A stretch of DNA of 64,000 nucleotides from Rhizobium sp. Q54 (GCA_945889445.1 CAMDBX010000002.1:2041-66040), one strand, 5' to 3'; positions 18,096 through 27,201 are shown, counted from the first letter of the stretch. Numbers and translations are program-made. The notes: a model not told the origin generated them from the sequence alone.

Positions 18096-18755
18096 GTGGA
18101 ACACCCGATCCTGACAGCGATCCGCCGGGTGGGCTTCTCCCCGCTCGGCTGGTTCGCACCGAAGCCTGATGACCGGGCGCCGCAAGGCGCCCGTTTCGTC
18201 ATCCTGATCGGCAATGCCGGGCCTGCCATGTTCCGCCGCTTCGCCGCCGAGCGCGACCCGTCCACCGATACCATGGACGCCTGGACCCGCGACGTGGTCA
18301 CCCTCCTCGCGCGAGACCTCGAGGCGCAAGCCGTCTACCCCTTCGACATGAACCCGCCATGGCCCTTCCTCACCTGGGCCAGGCGCGGAGGTGCGGGCCA
18401 CGTCTCTCCCCTGGGCCTCAACATCCACCCGACTTACGGCCTGTGGCACGCCTATCGCGCCGCCCTGCTCTTCCCCGTCGAGTTCGACATTCCTGTTCAG
18501 CCCCCCGGGCCCCACCCCTGCGAATCCTGCGCAACAAAGCCATGCCTCACCGCATGTCCGGTCGGGGCTTTCGACGGCGTCTCCTATGACGTTCCGGCCT
18601 GCGCAGCACATCTGGCAAAACCAGCCGGCAATGACTGCATGCGCGGCGGATGCCTTGCGCGCCATGCCTGCCCCGTGGGACAAGGCTTTGCCTATGCCCC
18701 GGCACAGGCGGAGTTCCACATGTGGGCCTTCCTCACGGCCCGCCAGAAGGCTTGA
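18096..18755 (+). CDS. Fe-S cluster protein (two Cys clusters; ferredoxin-like, QueG/RdhA-type C-terminal motif)
   Basis: 219 aa. The GTG start lies 1 nt after the mttB3 stop. It has CESCATKPCLTACP (CxxCxxxCxxxCP) plus CMRGGCLARHACP. The exact family cannot be assigned by eye. Confidence 0.6.
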   Translation: MEHPILTAIRRVGFSPLGWFAPKPDDRAPQGARFVILIGNAGPAMFRRFAAERDPSTDTMDAWTRDVVTLLARDLEAQAVYPFDMNPPWPFLTWARRGGAGHVSPLGLNIHPTYGLWHAYRAALLFPVEFDIPVQPPGPHPCESCATKPCLTACPVGAFDGVSYDVPACAAHLAKPAGNDCMRGGCLARHACPVGQGFAYAPAQAEFHMWAFLTARQKA

Positions 18756-18759
18756 AACG

Positions 18760-19665
18760 ATGTATGACCTGATCCGGCAGAAGCTCGCCAGGGGCGAACC
18801 CATCATCCTCGATGGCGGCACCGGCACCGACATCCAGCGCCGCGGCGTGCCGATGAGCAATTCGACCTGGTGCGCGGAGGCCAACCTCACCCACCCGGAT
18901 GTGGTGCGCGACGTACACGCCGACTACATCAAGGCGGGTGCGGACATCATCATCGCCAACACCTTCGCCACATCGGCACTTCTCTTCAATGCGCTCGACC
19001 GAGACGACGAACTGCTGGCCATCGACAAGTCTGCGGTGAAGATCGCCAGGGACGCCGCCAAGGGCCATAATGTTGCGGTTGCGGGCTCCATGTCCACCAT
19101 GCGCCCCGTCGTTGCCGGAAGCGACCGTACCTCGAAGCAGCGTGAATGGCCGGAGGACGAGGCCCGCGTCCTGTTCAAGAGCAAGGCGGACAACCTCGCC
19201 GCAGCGGGCGTCGACCTCATCATGATGGAGATGATGCGCGATACGGATTATTCCGTCTGGGCAACCGAAGCCGCACAGGCAACGGGCCGTTCCGTCTGGA
19301 TCGGCATCTCCGTCGAACGCCATGACGGCAAGCTCACCGGATTCGGCCGCGAGGACCAGGACTTCAACACCGTGGCGCGCGTGCTCTCAGCACTCAATCC
19401 TGACGTGATCTCGATCATGCACACCTCGCCCAACGACACGGACGAAGCGATCGACATCCTGCGGAAATACTGGAAAGGCCCGGTCGGCGCCTACCCCGAG
19501 AGCGGCTATTTCAAGATGCCGGACTGGACTTTCGTCGACATCATACCGCCGGATGAATTGGTGGAACGCTCCAGGGCCTGGAAGAAGAAGGGCGTCACTG
19601 CCTTTGGCGGCTGCTGCGGCCTCGGGCCGGAGCATATCACCGCACTCCACAAGGCTTTCACATGA
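18760..19665 (+). CDS. Homocysteine S-methyltransferase domain protein (MetH N-terminal/BHMT/MmuM fold)
   Basis: The ATG at 18760 lies 4 nt after the previous stop. 301 aa with ILDGGTGTDIQRRG, ADIIIANTFATS and C-terminal FGGCCGLGPEHI (zinc-ligand Cys pair). The track ORF start at 18391 is an out-of-context extension. Confidence 0.85.
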   Translation: MYDLIRQKLARGEPIILDGGTGTDIQRRGVPMSNSTWCAEANLTHPDVVRDVHADYIKAGADIIIANTFATSALLFNALDRDDELLAIDKSAVKIARDAAKGHNVAVAGSMSTMRPVVAGSDRTSKQREWPEDEARVLFKSKADNLAAAGVDLIMMEMMRDTDYSVWATEAAQATGRSVWIGISVERHDGKLTGFGREDQDFNTVARVLSALNPDVISIMHTSPNDTDEAIDILRKYWKGPVGAYPESGYFKMPDWTFVDIIPPDELVERSRAWKKKGVTAFGGCCGLGPEHITALHKAFT

Positions 19666-20045
19666 AAACCGGATCCTGCCTTTGCGGCGCTGTCAGCTTC
19701 GAAGTCCGCGGCGACCTCCGCCCGGTGCTTGCCTGCCACTGCATCCAGTGCCGCAAGCAGACCGGCAACTACATGTCCGCCACGGCCTGCGCCGACAGCG
19801 AATTGGCATTCACGAAGCAGGACGGCCTCACGTGGTTCCGCTCCAGCGACATCGCCCAGCGCGGCTTCTGCAAGGCGTGCGGTTCGGTGCTGTTCTGGAA
19901 GCGTGACGGAAGCGACTCAACATCGATCTGCGCCGGTGCCATCGATGGCGCGACGGACACCTATCTCGAAGGCCACATCTATTGCGAGAGTGCTGGTGAC
20001 TACTACGCCATCAGCGGCGGTGCCTATCGCAAGGACGAATGGTAG
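19662..20045 (+). CDS. GFA-family (glutathione-dependent formaldehyde-activating / CENP-V-like) zinc protein
   Basis: 127 aa, with an ATGA overlap on the upstream gene. Cys pattern CLCGAV...CHCIQCRK...CKACGS is typical of the GFA fold. Confidence 0.8.
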   Translation: MKTGSCLCGAVSFEVRGDLRPVLACHCIQCRKQTGNYMSATACADSELAFTKQDGLTWFRSSDIAQRGFCKACGSVLFWKRDGSDSTSICAGAIDGATDTYLEGHIYCESAGDYYAISGGAYRKDEW

Positions 20046-20140
20046 GGGATTCATCTGTATTCTACGTTTCAAGTGCCCGAGACGGAGCCCCTGCCTTCGC
20101 CAGGGTGACGCCACCAAAGAGGATTTTCTTGGGTGGCGCC

Positions 20141-20776
20141 TCAGGCGCGCGCCTTCAGGTCGCGCTCCAGCTCGCCATAGCCGGTGTAGCGATACTCATA
20201 GGCAAGACCCAGGCGCTTGGCCGCCGCCATCGCCTTCTTGGCCAGTTCCTCGTTGCGCGTCTGCGCCAGGAACACGATCTTGGTATAGTTCCCGAAATAG
20301 AGCGGCAGCAGCTCCGGGTGCCGATCCATCCCCAGCCCCTCCCAGATCAGCTTGTCGAAGTGCCGCGCCAGATAGTCGGTGAGGAAGAAGCCTGTCACAT
20401 CCTCCTCCGCCGTGCTGGCGAAGGTCTCCTGACTGGAGAAGAACGCATAGCAATGCGGGCCTTCGAGGCGCTCGATCCCCTCCTCCGCCAGCAGCTTGTC
20501 GATGTCACCACCGGTGCCGCAATCGCCATAGAGCACGAAGATCGACTGGTAGCGGGGCTTGGCTTCCCTGATTTTCTCGCGCAGGGCCGGCACGATCTTG
20601 TCGGGCGTGTTGTGCCACTTGGCAGGCAGGCACTGCAGGTCGAAGGCCGTCCAGCGGTTGCGCTCGATCAGATCCACGATCTCGCGGCCCAAAGCACCGC
20701 AGGCCAGGAGAAGAACCTTCCCCTGGCCTGGCTTGAACTCGAATTCGTCAGATGGCTTGAGATTGACAAGGGTCAT
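20141..20776 (-). CDS. DUF1638-like protein
   Basis: 211 aa. VLLLACGALGREI...LPAKWHNTPDKI...VLYGDCGTGG...GPHCYAFF matches my recollection of the DUF1638 pattern (..AC..L..E...LH..P..L...YG.CG...). It starts 15 nt after the corrinoid-protein stop, preceded by a GGGAGG SD. Confidence 0.65.
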   Translation of the reverse strand: MTLVNLKPSDEFEFKPGQGKVLLLACGALGREIVDLIERNRWTAFDLQCLPAKWHNTPDKIVPALREKIREAKPRYQSIFVLYGDCGTGGDIDKLLAEEGIERLEGPHCYAFFSSQETFASTAEEDVTGFFLTDYLARHFDKLIWEGLGMDRHPELLPLYFGNYTKIVFLAQTRNEELAKKAMAAAKRLGLAYEYRYTGYGELERDLKARA

Positions 20777-20791
20777 GAAGACCCTCCCAAA

Positions 20792-21493
<702 letters not shown>

Positions 21494-21513
21494 CAGCTGT
21501 CTCCGGAGGACAA

Positions 21514-21526
21514 ATCTTTGAAAGAT
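21514..21526. promoter_or_regulatory. Inverted repeat ATCTTT-g-AAAGAT in the corrinoid-gene leader
   Basis: Perfect 6-bp arms, AT-rich in a GC-rich spacer, 21 nt upstream of the corrinoid-protein ATG (minus strand). Confidence 0.3.
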
Positions 21527-21654
21527 CACAATAGGCCCGGGCGCGAAACGCCTTTCGCCAGCGGGCGACCTCCCCATGCCGGAAAGCGACGGTTGAGGCA
21601 AGCGGAAAGCCCGGTTAATGGTTGCTTCCCCTTGTTTGAACCGGATTTTTCACC

Positions 21655-22899
21655 ATGACCGCCGCCCTCGACGTCGCCGCCATCCGCGCCCAGTTCCCCG
21701 CCCTTGTGCTCAAGGACGGCGGCCGCGACCGAATCTACTTCGACAACCCGGCCGGAACCCAGGTGCCGCAACGGGTGATCGACCGCACGGTGGACTGCCT
21801 GGCCAACCGCAATGCCAACCTGGGCGGCTATTTCACCACCACGGTGGAGGCGGGCGAACTGGTGGACCTCGCCCATCAGGCCTGTGCGGATTTCTACAAT
21901 GCCGCGAGCATGAACGAGATCGTGTTCGGCCAGAACATGACCAGCCTGACGCTCCACATGTCACGCTGCCTTGGCAAGAAGCTGAAGCGCGGTGACGAGA
22001 TCGTGCTCTCCCGCATGGACCATGACGCCAATGTCGCCCCATGGCTGCTGCTGGCTGACGACCTCGGACTCATCGTGCGCTGGATCGACTTCGACACCGA
22101 GACCTACGAGTTCCCCGATGATGCGCTCACCAAGGTTCTGAGCGACAAGACGAGGATTCTCGCCATGGGCATGGCCTCGAACTGCACCGGCACGGTGAAC
22201 GACACCAAACGTTTCGCAGCAGAAGCGAAGAAGGCCGGAGCCATCGTCTATCTCGATGCCGTCCAATATGCGCCCCACTATGCCATCGACGTCCAGGACC
22301 TCGGCGCCGATTTCGTCGTCTCCTCAGCCTACAAATGGTTCGGCCCGCATCAGGGCATCCTGTGGGGCCGCGAGGCACTGCTGAAGGACACGTTCGGCTA
22401 CAAGGTCCGCCCTGCCGGCGAGGAGCTGCCGCACAAGTTCGAGACCGGTACGCTGTCTCACGAAGGCATGGCCGGCACGCTGGGTGCCATCGAATATCTC
22501 GAGCAGTTCGGCGCAGGCGAGACGCGGGCAAAGCGCATTGCCTCCGCGTGGAACAATCTTGCCGACTATGAGCACAAGATCACGCTGAAGCTGATCGAAG
22601 GGCTGAAAACCTTCAAGGGCCTGACGATCCGCGGCATCACCTCGGCCAATGCCATGCACCGTCGCGTGCCCACCGTCTCCTTCACGCTGGAAGGGCATCA
22701 TCCGGAAACTCTTGCCAAGGCCTTCGCCAAGGACAGCATCTTCGTCTGGTCCGGGCACAATTACGCCATTGAACCCGTGGGCCGCATGGGACTGATGGAC
22801 AAGGGCGGCGTGCTGCGCGTCGGCCTTGCGCACTATAACACTGAGGACGAGGTGGACGCCCTGCTCTCCTCACTCACCCGTCAGATCAGGAGCGCCTGA
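21655..22899 (+). CDS. Class-V PLP aminotransferase, cysteine-desulfurase-like
   Basis: 414 aa. LDVAAIRAQFPAL...IYFDNPAGTQVP at the N-terminus and SSAYKWFGPHQG (PLP lysine region). Confidence 0.85.
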   Translation: MTAALDVAAIRAQFPALVLKDGGRDRIYFDNPAGTQVPQRVIDRTVDCLANRNANLGGYFTTTVEAGELVDLAHQACADFYNAASMNEIVFGQNMTSLTLHMSRCLGKKLKRGDEIVLSRMDHDANVAPWLLLADDLGLIVRWIDFDTETYEFPDDALTKVLSDKTRILAMGMASNCTGTVNDTKRFAAEAKKAGAIVYLDAVQYAPHYAIDVQDLGADFVVSSAYKWFGPHQGILWGREALLKDTFGYKVRPAGEELPHKFETGTLSHEGMAGTLGAIEYLEQFGAGETRAKRIASAWNNLADYEHKITLKLIEGLKTFKGLTIRGITSANAMHRRVPTVSFTLEGHHPETLAKAFAKDSIFVWSGHNYAIEPVGRMGLMDKGGVLRVGLAHYNTEDEVDALLSSLTRQIRSA

Positions 22900-22902
22900 A
22901 CC

Positions 22903-23832
22903 ATGGCCTACAAACTCGCCATCATCGGCCTCGGCAAGATTGCCCAGGACCAGCACCTGCCGGTCGTCGCCAAGAACAGCGACTTCGAACTCGCCGCCGT
23001 CGTCTCCTCGCGCGAGGGCTACCGCGACGTGCCGCATTTCAAGACGCCCGCCGAACTGTTCCTCAGTGGCCTGAAGCTTGATGCCGTGACGCTCTGCATG
23101 CCGCCGGAGCCACGCTTCGCCATCGCGCGCGATGCGCTGGACGCGGGCCTCCACGTCCTGATGGAAAAGCCCCCGACGCCGACAGTGGGCGAGCTTGATG
23201 CCATCACCGCACATGCGGAGAAGGCGGGCCGCATCCTCTTCACCACCTGGCACTCGCAATACAACAAGGCGGTGAACGAGGCGCAGCGGTTGCTCGCGGG
23301 CAAACGCGTCACTCGCCTGCATGTCAGCTGGAAGGAGGACGTGCGTCACTGGCACCCTGGCCAGGAATGGATATGGGAACCGGGCGGTTTCGGCGTCTTC
23401 GATCCCGGCATCAACGCGTTCTCCATCGTCACCAAGATACTGCCGCAACCGGTCTGCGTGAAATCGGTCATGCTGGAAACGCCCCGCAACAAGGCGACGC
23501 CCATTGCCGCGCAGATCACCTTCAAGCCGTCATGGGATGGCCAGGCCGAACTCACCGCCGACCTCGACTGGCGGCAGACCGGCGAGCAGAGCTGGAACAT
23601 CGACGTCGAAACCGCTGACGGGCTGCAGCTGGCGCTGCGCCGGGGCGGCACGGAACTCTATGTCGGCGGCAAACTCACCACCTCATCGCCGCCCGAAGAA
23701 TACGAGGACATCTACGTGCATTTCGCGGAGTTGCTGCGCACGGGCCGCTCGCATGTGGACGCCGCGCCGCTACAGCTCGTGTCCGATTGCTTCTTGATGG
23801 GGCGGAGAACCGAAACGGAACCGTTCCTCTGA
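22903..23832 (+). CDS. Gfo/Idh/MocA-family NAD(P)-dependent oxidoreductase
   Basis: 309 aa. N-terminal Rossmann KLAIIGLGKIAQDQHLP and the EKP motif (VLMEKPPT). It starts 3 nt after the upstream stop. Confidence 0.85.
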   Translation: MAYKLAIIGLGKIAQDQHLPVVAKNSDFELAAVVSSREGYRDVPHFKTPAELFLSGLKLDAVTLCMPPEPRFAIARDALDAGLHVLMEKPPTPTVGELDAITAHAEKAGRILFTTWHSQYNKAVNEAQRLLAGKRVTRLHVSWKEDVRHWHPGQEWIWEPGGFGVFDPGINAFSIVTKILPQPVCVKSVMLETPRNKATPIAAQITFKPSWDGQAELTADLDWRQTGEQSWNIDVETADGLQLALRRGGTELYVGGKLTTSSPPEEYEDIYVHFAELLRTGRSHVDAAPLQLVSDCFLMGRRTETEPFL

Positions 23833-25294
23833 GGCGCTTGAGCGTCTCATCAGGGGTGCCTCCGGCATTGACGCGCAGCCAGTCGAGGTTGCCGAGGACA
23901 TAGCCGAGCTGCTTGCGGACAACATCCGCGGTGGCGTCGGACGCATCGTCCCGTCGCGCCGCAATTCGGGCGCTTAGGGCTTCGGGCGATGCCTCGAGCC
24001 AGACGCCGGCAAACTGCGCCTTGCTGCGGCGGGCCAGCTCGACAGCGGCGTTTCGCTCGCCTCCCTCCGCGAAGACGGCATCCAGCACGACGGAGTGGCC
24101 GGCCGCCAACGCCCGCTCGGCGCGGGCAAGGCAGGCGGCATAGACCTCGAAGGATGCCTGGCGGGTATAACTTTCGGGCGGCAGGCGGTCGGTTTCTGCA
24201 ACACCTGCGAGGATCTTCCGCTCGATGTCGCTGCGAACATGGATAGCGCCCGGTGCAGCGCCGAAATGGGGAGCAATGCCCGCGGCGGCCGTTGACTTGC
24301 CCGCGCCCGAGAGGCCGCCGATGCAGAGCAGCATGGGTGGTGGTACCTTCAGATAGTCGATGGTGGCGCGAAACCAGTCGAGCGCCTGGCCGCGCTCTTT
24401 CATCGAGTTCTTGAGTGCCAGCTCATGCGCGAGATCGGCGGTGACGAGAGCGCGCACGCCGGCACGGGTGGCGAGAAAGAGCGGCAGCGCGGCGAGGCCC
24501 GAGAGATCTTCCTCGGCGCGGCGCAGGTCGAGGTAACGGTTGAGCACCGCATTGGCGACGCCCCTCTCGCCATTGCTCCACAGGTCCATCAGCAGGAATG
24601 CGAGGTCGTAGAGCACGTCGATGGTGGCGATCTTCTCGCTGAACTCGATGGCATCGAAGAGCCTTGGTTCGCCCTGCTCCACGATGATGTTGCCGCAGTG
24701 CATGTCGCCGTGGCAGCGGCGGACCAGCCCGCGCTCGCCGCGTTCCGTCAGCAGGTGACGGCGGGAACCGAGAGCCGACTCATAGAGAGCGTGAAATTCA
24801 AGCGTGTCGGCGGGGCGGAAGATGTCGGGCGAATCGATGAAGGCCCTGGACAACTGCGCACCGAGGCCGGACATGATGTCGGCGCCCTTCACATCGCGTC
24901 GCGAGGCAAGGGCATGGGATCGGGCGGCCATAACAGCAAGCTTCCCCGAGAGCCCCGGACCAATCTCGCCATGCGACATGATCCAGGCGAGAAGCGCAGA
25001 GCCAGCAAAGCGACGCATCACCAGAACGGGCTCGCCCAGCACCTCGTCCACACGGAGGTAGAGGTCCGGCGTGAAGAGGCGGTTGATCTCGAGCTCGGCC
25101 TGCAGCGACTCCCGGCGCTTCCCGAGGCTCGAGAAGTCGAGATAGGGAAGCTTGACGTCCTTTTTTACCTTGAACGCGCGGTCACTGACAAGGAACACAT
25201 GCGCAGCGTGCGTCTCGATGTGCTCCACCGCCTCTCCGGGAAAGCCCCAGGTCTCGCCTTTCAGGAACGCTGATGTGAACATGGATCGGAACAT
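23675..25294 (-). CDS. Bifunctional APH-like phosphotransferase / P-loop kinase protein
   Basis: 539 aa. APH/choline-kinase catalytic region RCHGDMHCGNII...DAIEF, then P-loop GGLSGAGKST. The last ~50 codons form an Arg-rich tail that overlaps the convergent gene. Confidence 0.75.
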   Translation of the reverse strand: MFRSMFTSAFLKGETWGFPGEAVEHIETHAAHVFLVSDRAFKVKKDVKLPYLDFSSLGKRRESLQAELEINRLFTPDLYLRVDEVLGEPVLVMRRFAGSALLAWIMSHGEIGPGLSGKLAVMAARSHALASRRDVKGADIMSGLGAQLSRAFIDSPDIFRPADTLEFHALYESALGSRRHLLTERGERGLVRRCHGDMHCGNIIVEQGEPRLFDAIEFSEKIATIDVLYDLAFLLMDLWSNGERGVANAVLNRYLDLRRAEEDLSGLAALPLFLATRAGVRALVTADLAHELALKNSMKERGQALDWFRATIDYLKVPPPMLLCIGGLSGAGKSTAAAGIAPHFGAAPGAIHVRSDIERKILAGVAETDRLPPESYTRQASFEVYAACLARAERALAAGHSVVLDAVFAEGGERNAAVELARRSKAQFAGVWLEASPEALSARIAARRDDASDATADVVRKQLGYVLGNLDWLRVNAGGTPDETLKRLRGTVPFRFSAPSRSNRTRAVAARRPHASGPCAATPRNARRCPRILRAAMRW

Positions 25295-25327
25295 AGGGTC
25301 GGGACCGGCGCGGCGCCTTGACCGGCA

Positions 25328-26092
25328 TCAAGTTCCACCGTCGTCCAGCAATTGCCTGACGATGTCCCGATGGCGGTTCAGGAAGTTCCGGGTGATGGCG
25401 AAATGCTCGGTATCCTCGTAGGCCACCCGCTCCAGCCCATGTGCACCCAGCCGGTAGATCCAGGCATCGGGATAGGCCATCAGGATGGGCGAATGGGTGG
25501 CAATGATGAACTGGCTTTCCGCCGCCACGAGATCATGCATACGCACCAGCATGGCCATCTGCCGCGTGGGCGAGAGTGCGGCCTCGGGCTCGTCGAAGAT
25601 GTAAAGTCCCTTACCTCCCAACCGGTTCTCCAGAAGGGCGAGGAAGGATTCGCCGTGAGATTGATTGTGAAGAGGTCTGCCACCGTACGACTCGATTATC
25701 TTGCGTCGCCCCGGCTCTCGATCAAGGGCGTCGATATTGGTTGCGACATTGAAGTAGCTTTCCGCACGCAGAAAGAACCCGTCTTGCGCCCGCCGAGGGC
25801 TCTTGACGAGACGCAGTGCGCTGTGGAGAGGCGAGTGAGAGTCGAACGTGCCGAAACGGAAATTCTTCGAACCGCCCTCTGCGTTGAAGCCCCAGGCAAC
25901 GGCAAGTGCTTCAATCAAGGTCGACTTGCCTGAGCCGTTTTCACCGACGATGAAAGTGACCTTCGGATGGAAATCGATCTTGTTCAGGCCTGCGATGGCG
26001 GGGAGCGCATAGGGATAGGCAGACCTGCCTGCAACGCGATCCCACAGCAGCTCGGCAGTCAGCAGATAATGCCGCGCCTCGAACGCCTGCAT
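25328..26092 (-). CDS. AAA/ABC-like ATPase (stand-alone)
   Basis: 254 aa. Walker A GENGSGKST, signature-like SHGESF, Walker B LYIFDEPEAALS and H-loop IATHSP. No TM or partner gene is evident. Confidence 0.75.
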   Translation of the reverse strand: MQAFEARHYLLTAELLWDRVAGRSAYPYALPAIAGLNKIDFHPKVTFIVGENGSGKSTLIEALAVAWGFNAEGGSKNFRFGTFDSHSPLHSALRLVKSPRRAQDGFFLRAESYFNVATNIDALDREPGRRKIIESYGGRPLHNQSHGESFLALLENRLGGKGLYIFDEPEAALSPTRQMAMLVRMHDLVAAESQFIIATHSPILMAYPDAWIYRLGAHGLERVAYEDTEHFAITRNFLNRHRDIVRQLLDDGGT

Positions 26093-26142
26093 GATGCGAG
26101 AATGCCGCGCACGCTCCCATCAGGCAAGTTGTTTTACCTAGA

Positions 26143-27159
26143 TCAATTCCCGCGGCGGCGTTCGCGGCGGGCGGCGCCAGCTGCGGCGGCGTCGTGGCCC
26201 TTGGCCAGTTCGGACACCGGACCAAGCTTCGTCTCGATGAGTTCCAGCGACGGGCGGGTGCCCTTCGTGTAGGTCTCGAGCGACTTGCGCATGGAGGCCA
26301 GGTGCTCCGGGCTGGTGCCGCAGCAGCCGCCGATGATCTTGGCGCCTGCATCGAGCGCGATGCGGGCATAGTCTGCCATCAGCTCAGGCGTGCCGGTGTA
26401 GTGGATGTGGCCATCGACATATTGCGGGATGCCGCAATTGCCCTTGGCGACCACGGCCGCGTCTGGCCGGGCTTCCGAGATCCCGAGCACTGTGGCGATC
26501 AGCTCCGAGGCGCCGACGCCGCAATTGGCGCCGATGGCAACGGGCTGGGTGGCAAGCGCTGCCGTGATGGCGCCGAAGGCCTTGGGCGTGATGCCCATCA
26601 TGGTGCGGCCGTTGGTGTCGAAGCTCATGGTGGTGACGATCGGCAGGCTCGCCCTGGCGCAGCCCTCGACGGCGGCCTTGAGTTCCTCCTCGGACGACAT
26701 GGTCTCGATCCAGATCACATCGACGCCGCCTTCCTTCAAGGCCAGCGCCTGCTCGGCGAAGGCCTTGACGGCCTCGTCATGCGACATGGCACCGACCGGC
26801 TCCATGATCTCGCCGGTGGGACCGACGGAGCCGCCGACATAGACCGGGCGGCCTGCCGCATCGGCCTCGGCGCGGGCGTTCTTCGCCGCGGCAATGTTGA
26901 TCTCCCGGACCTGGTCCTGCGCGTTGTGCAGCTTCAGCCGGTGGCGGTTGCCGCCGAATGAGTTGGTGAGCACGATATCCGCCCCCGCCTCGATGAAGCG
27001 GCGGTGCAGCGAGCGCACCCGCTCGGGGTGGTCGAAGTTCCACATTTCCGGGGCGTCGCCCGATTCGAGGCCCATCTGGAAATAATTCGTTCCGGTGGCG
27101 CCATCGGCCAGCAGCCAGGGACGCGTGGCGAGCGCTTCGGTGAAGGACGGGCTGGTCAT
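26143..27159 (-). CDS. Betaine-homocysteine S-methyltransferase (B12-independent, pfam02574 fold)
   Basis: 338 aa. LLADGATGTNYF, ADIVLTNSFGGN and IIGGCCGTSPEHL (Zn Cys pair). A GGAGG SD precedes the ATG at 27159. It resembles the rhizobial Bmt type. Confidence 0.85.
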   Translation of the reverse strand: MTSPSFTEALATRPWLLADGATGTNYFQMGLESGDAPEMWNFDHPERVRSLHRRFIEAGADIVLTNSFGGNRHRLKLHNAQDQVREINIAAAKNARAEADAAGRPVYVGGSVGPTGEIMEPVGAMSHDEAVKAFAEQALALKEGGVDVIWIETMSSEEELKAAVEGCARASLPIVTTMSFDTNGRTMMGITPKAFGAITAALATQPVAIGANCGVGASELIATVLGISEARPDAAVVAKGNCGIPQYVDGHIHYTGTPELMADYARIALDAGAKIIGGCCGTSPEHLASMRKSLETYTKGTRPSLELIETKLGPVSELAKGHDAAAAGAARRERRRGN

Positions 27160-27177
27160 GTGAACCTCCGGGACAGA

Positions 27178-27201
27178 CGATATAAAGACTTCTTTATATC
27201 G
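27178..27201. promoter_or_regulatory. AT-rich perfect palindrome CGATATAAAGA-ct-TCTTTATATCG upstream of the BHMT gene
   Basis: 11-bp arms and a 2-nt spacer. It fills most of the 42-nt spacer between the MBL stop (27202) and the BHMT ATG (27159). It is strikingly AT-rich for this genome. I read it as a candidate dimeric-regulator operator. Confidence 0.4.

Noticed and set aside
20100-20140. Hairpin CGCCACC-(16 nt)-GGTGGCG between the convergent GFA and DUF1638 genes, as a bidirectional terminator.
   Set aside because: The stem is only 7 bp, the loop is large (16 nt), and there is no U-tract on either strand. This is too weak to call.
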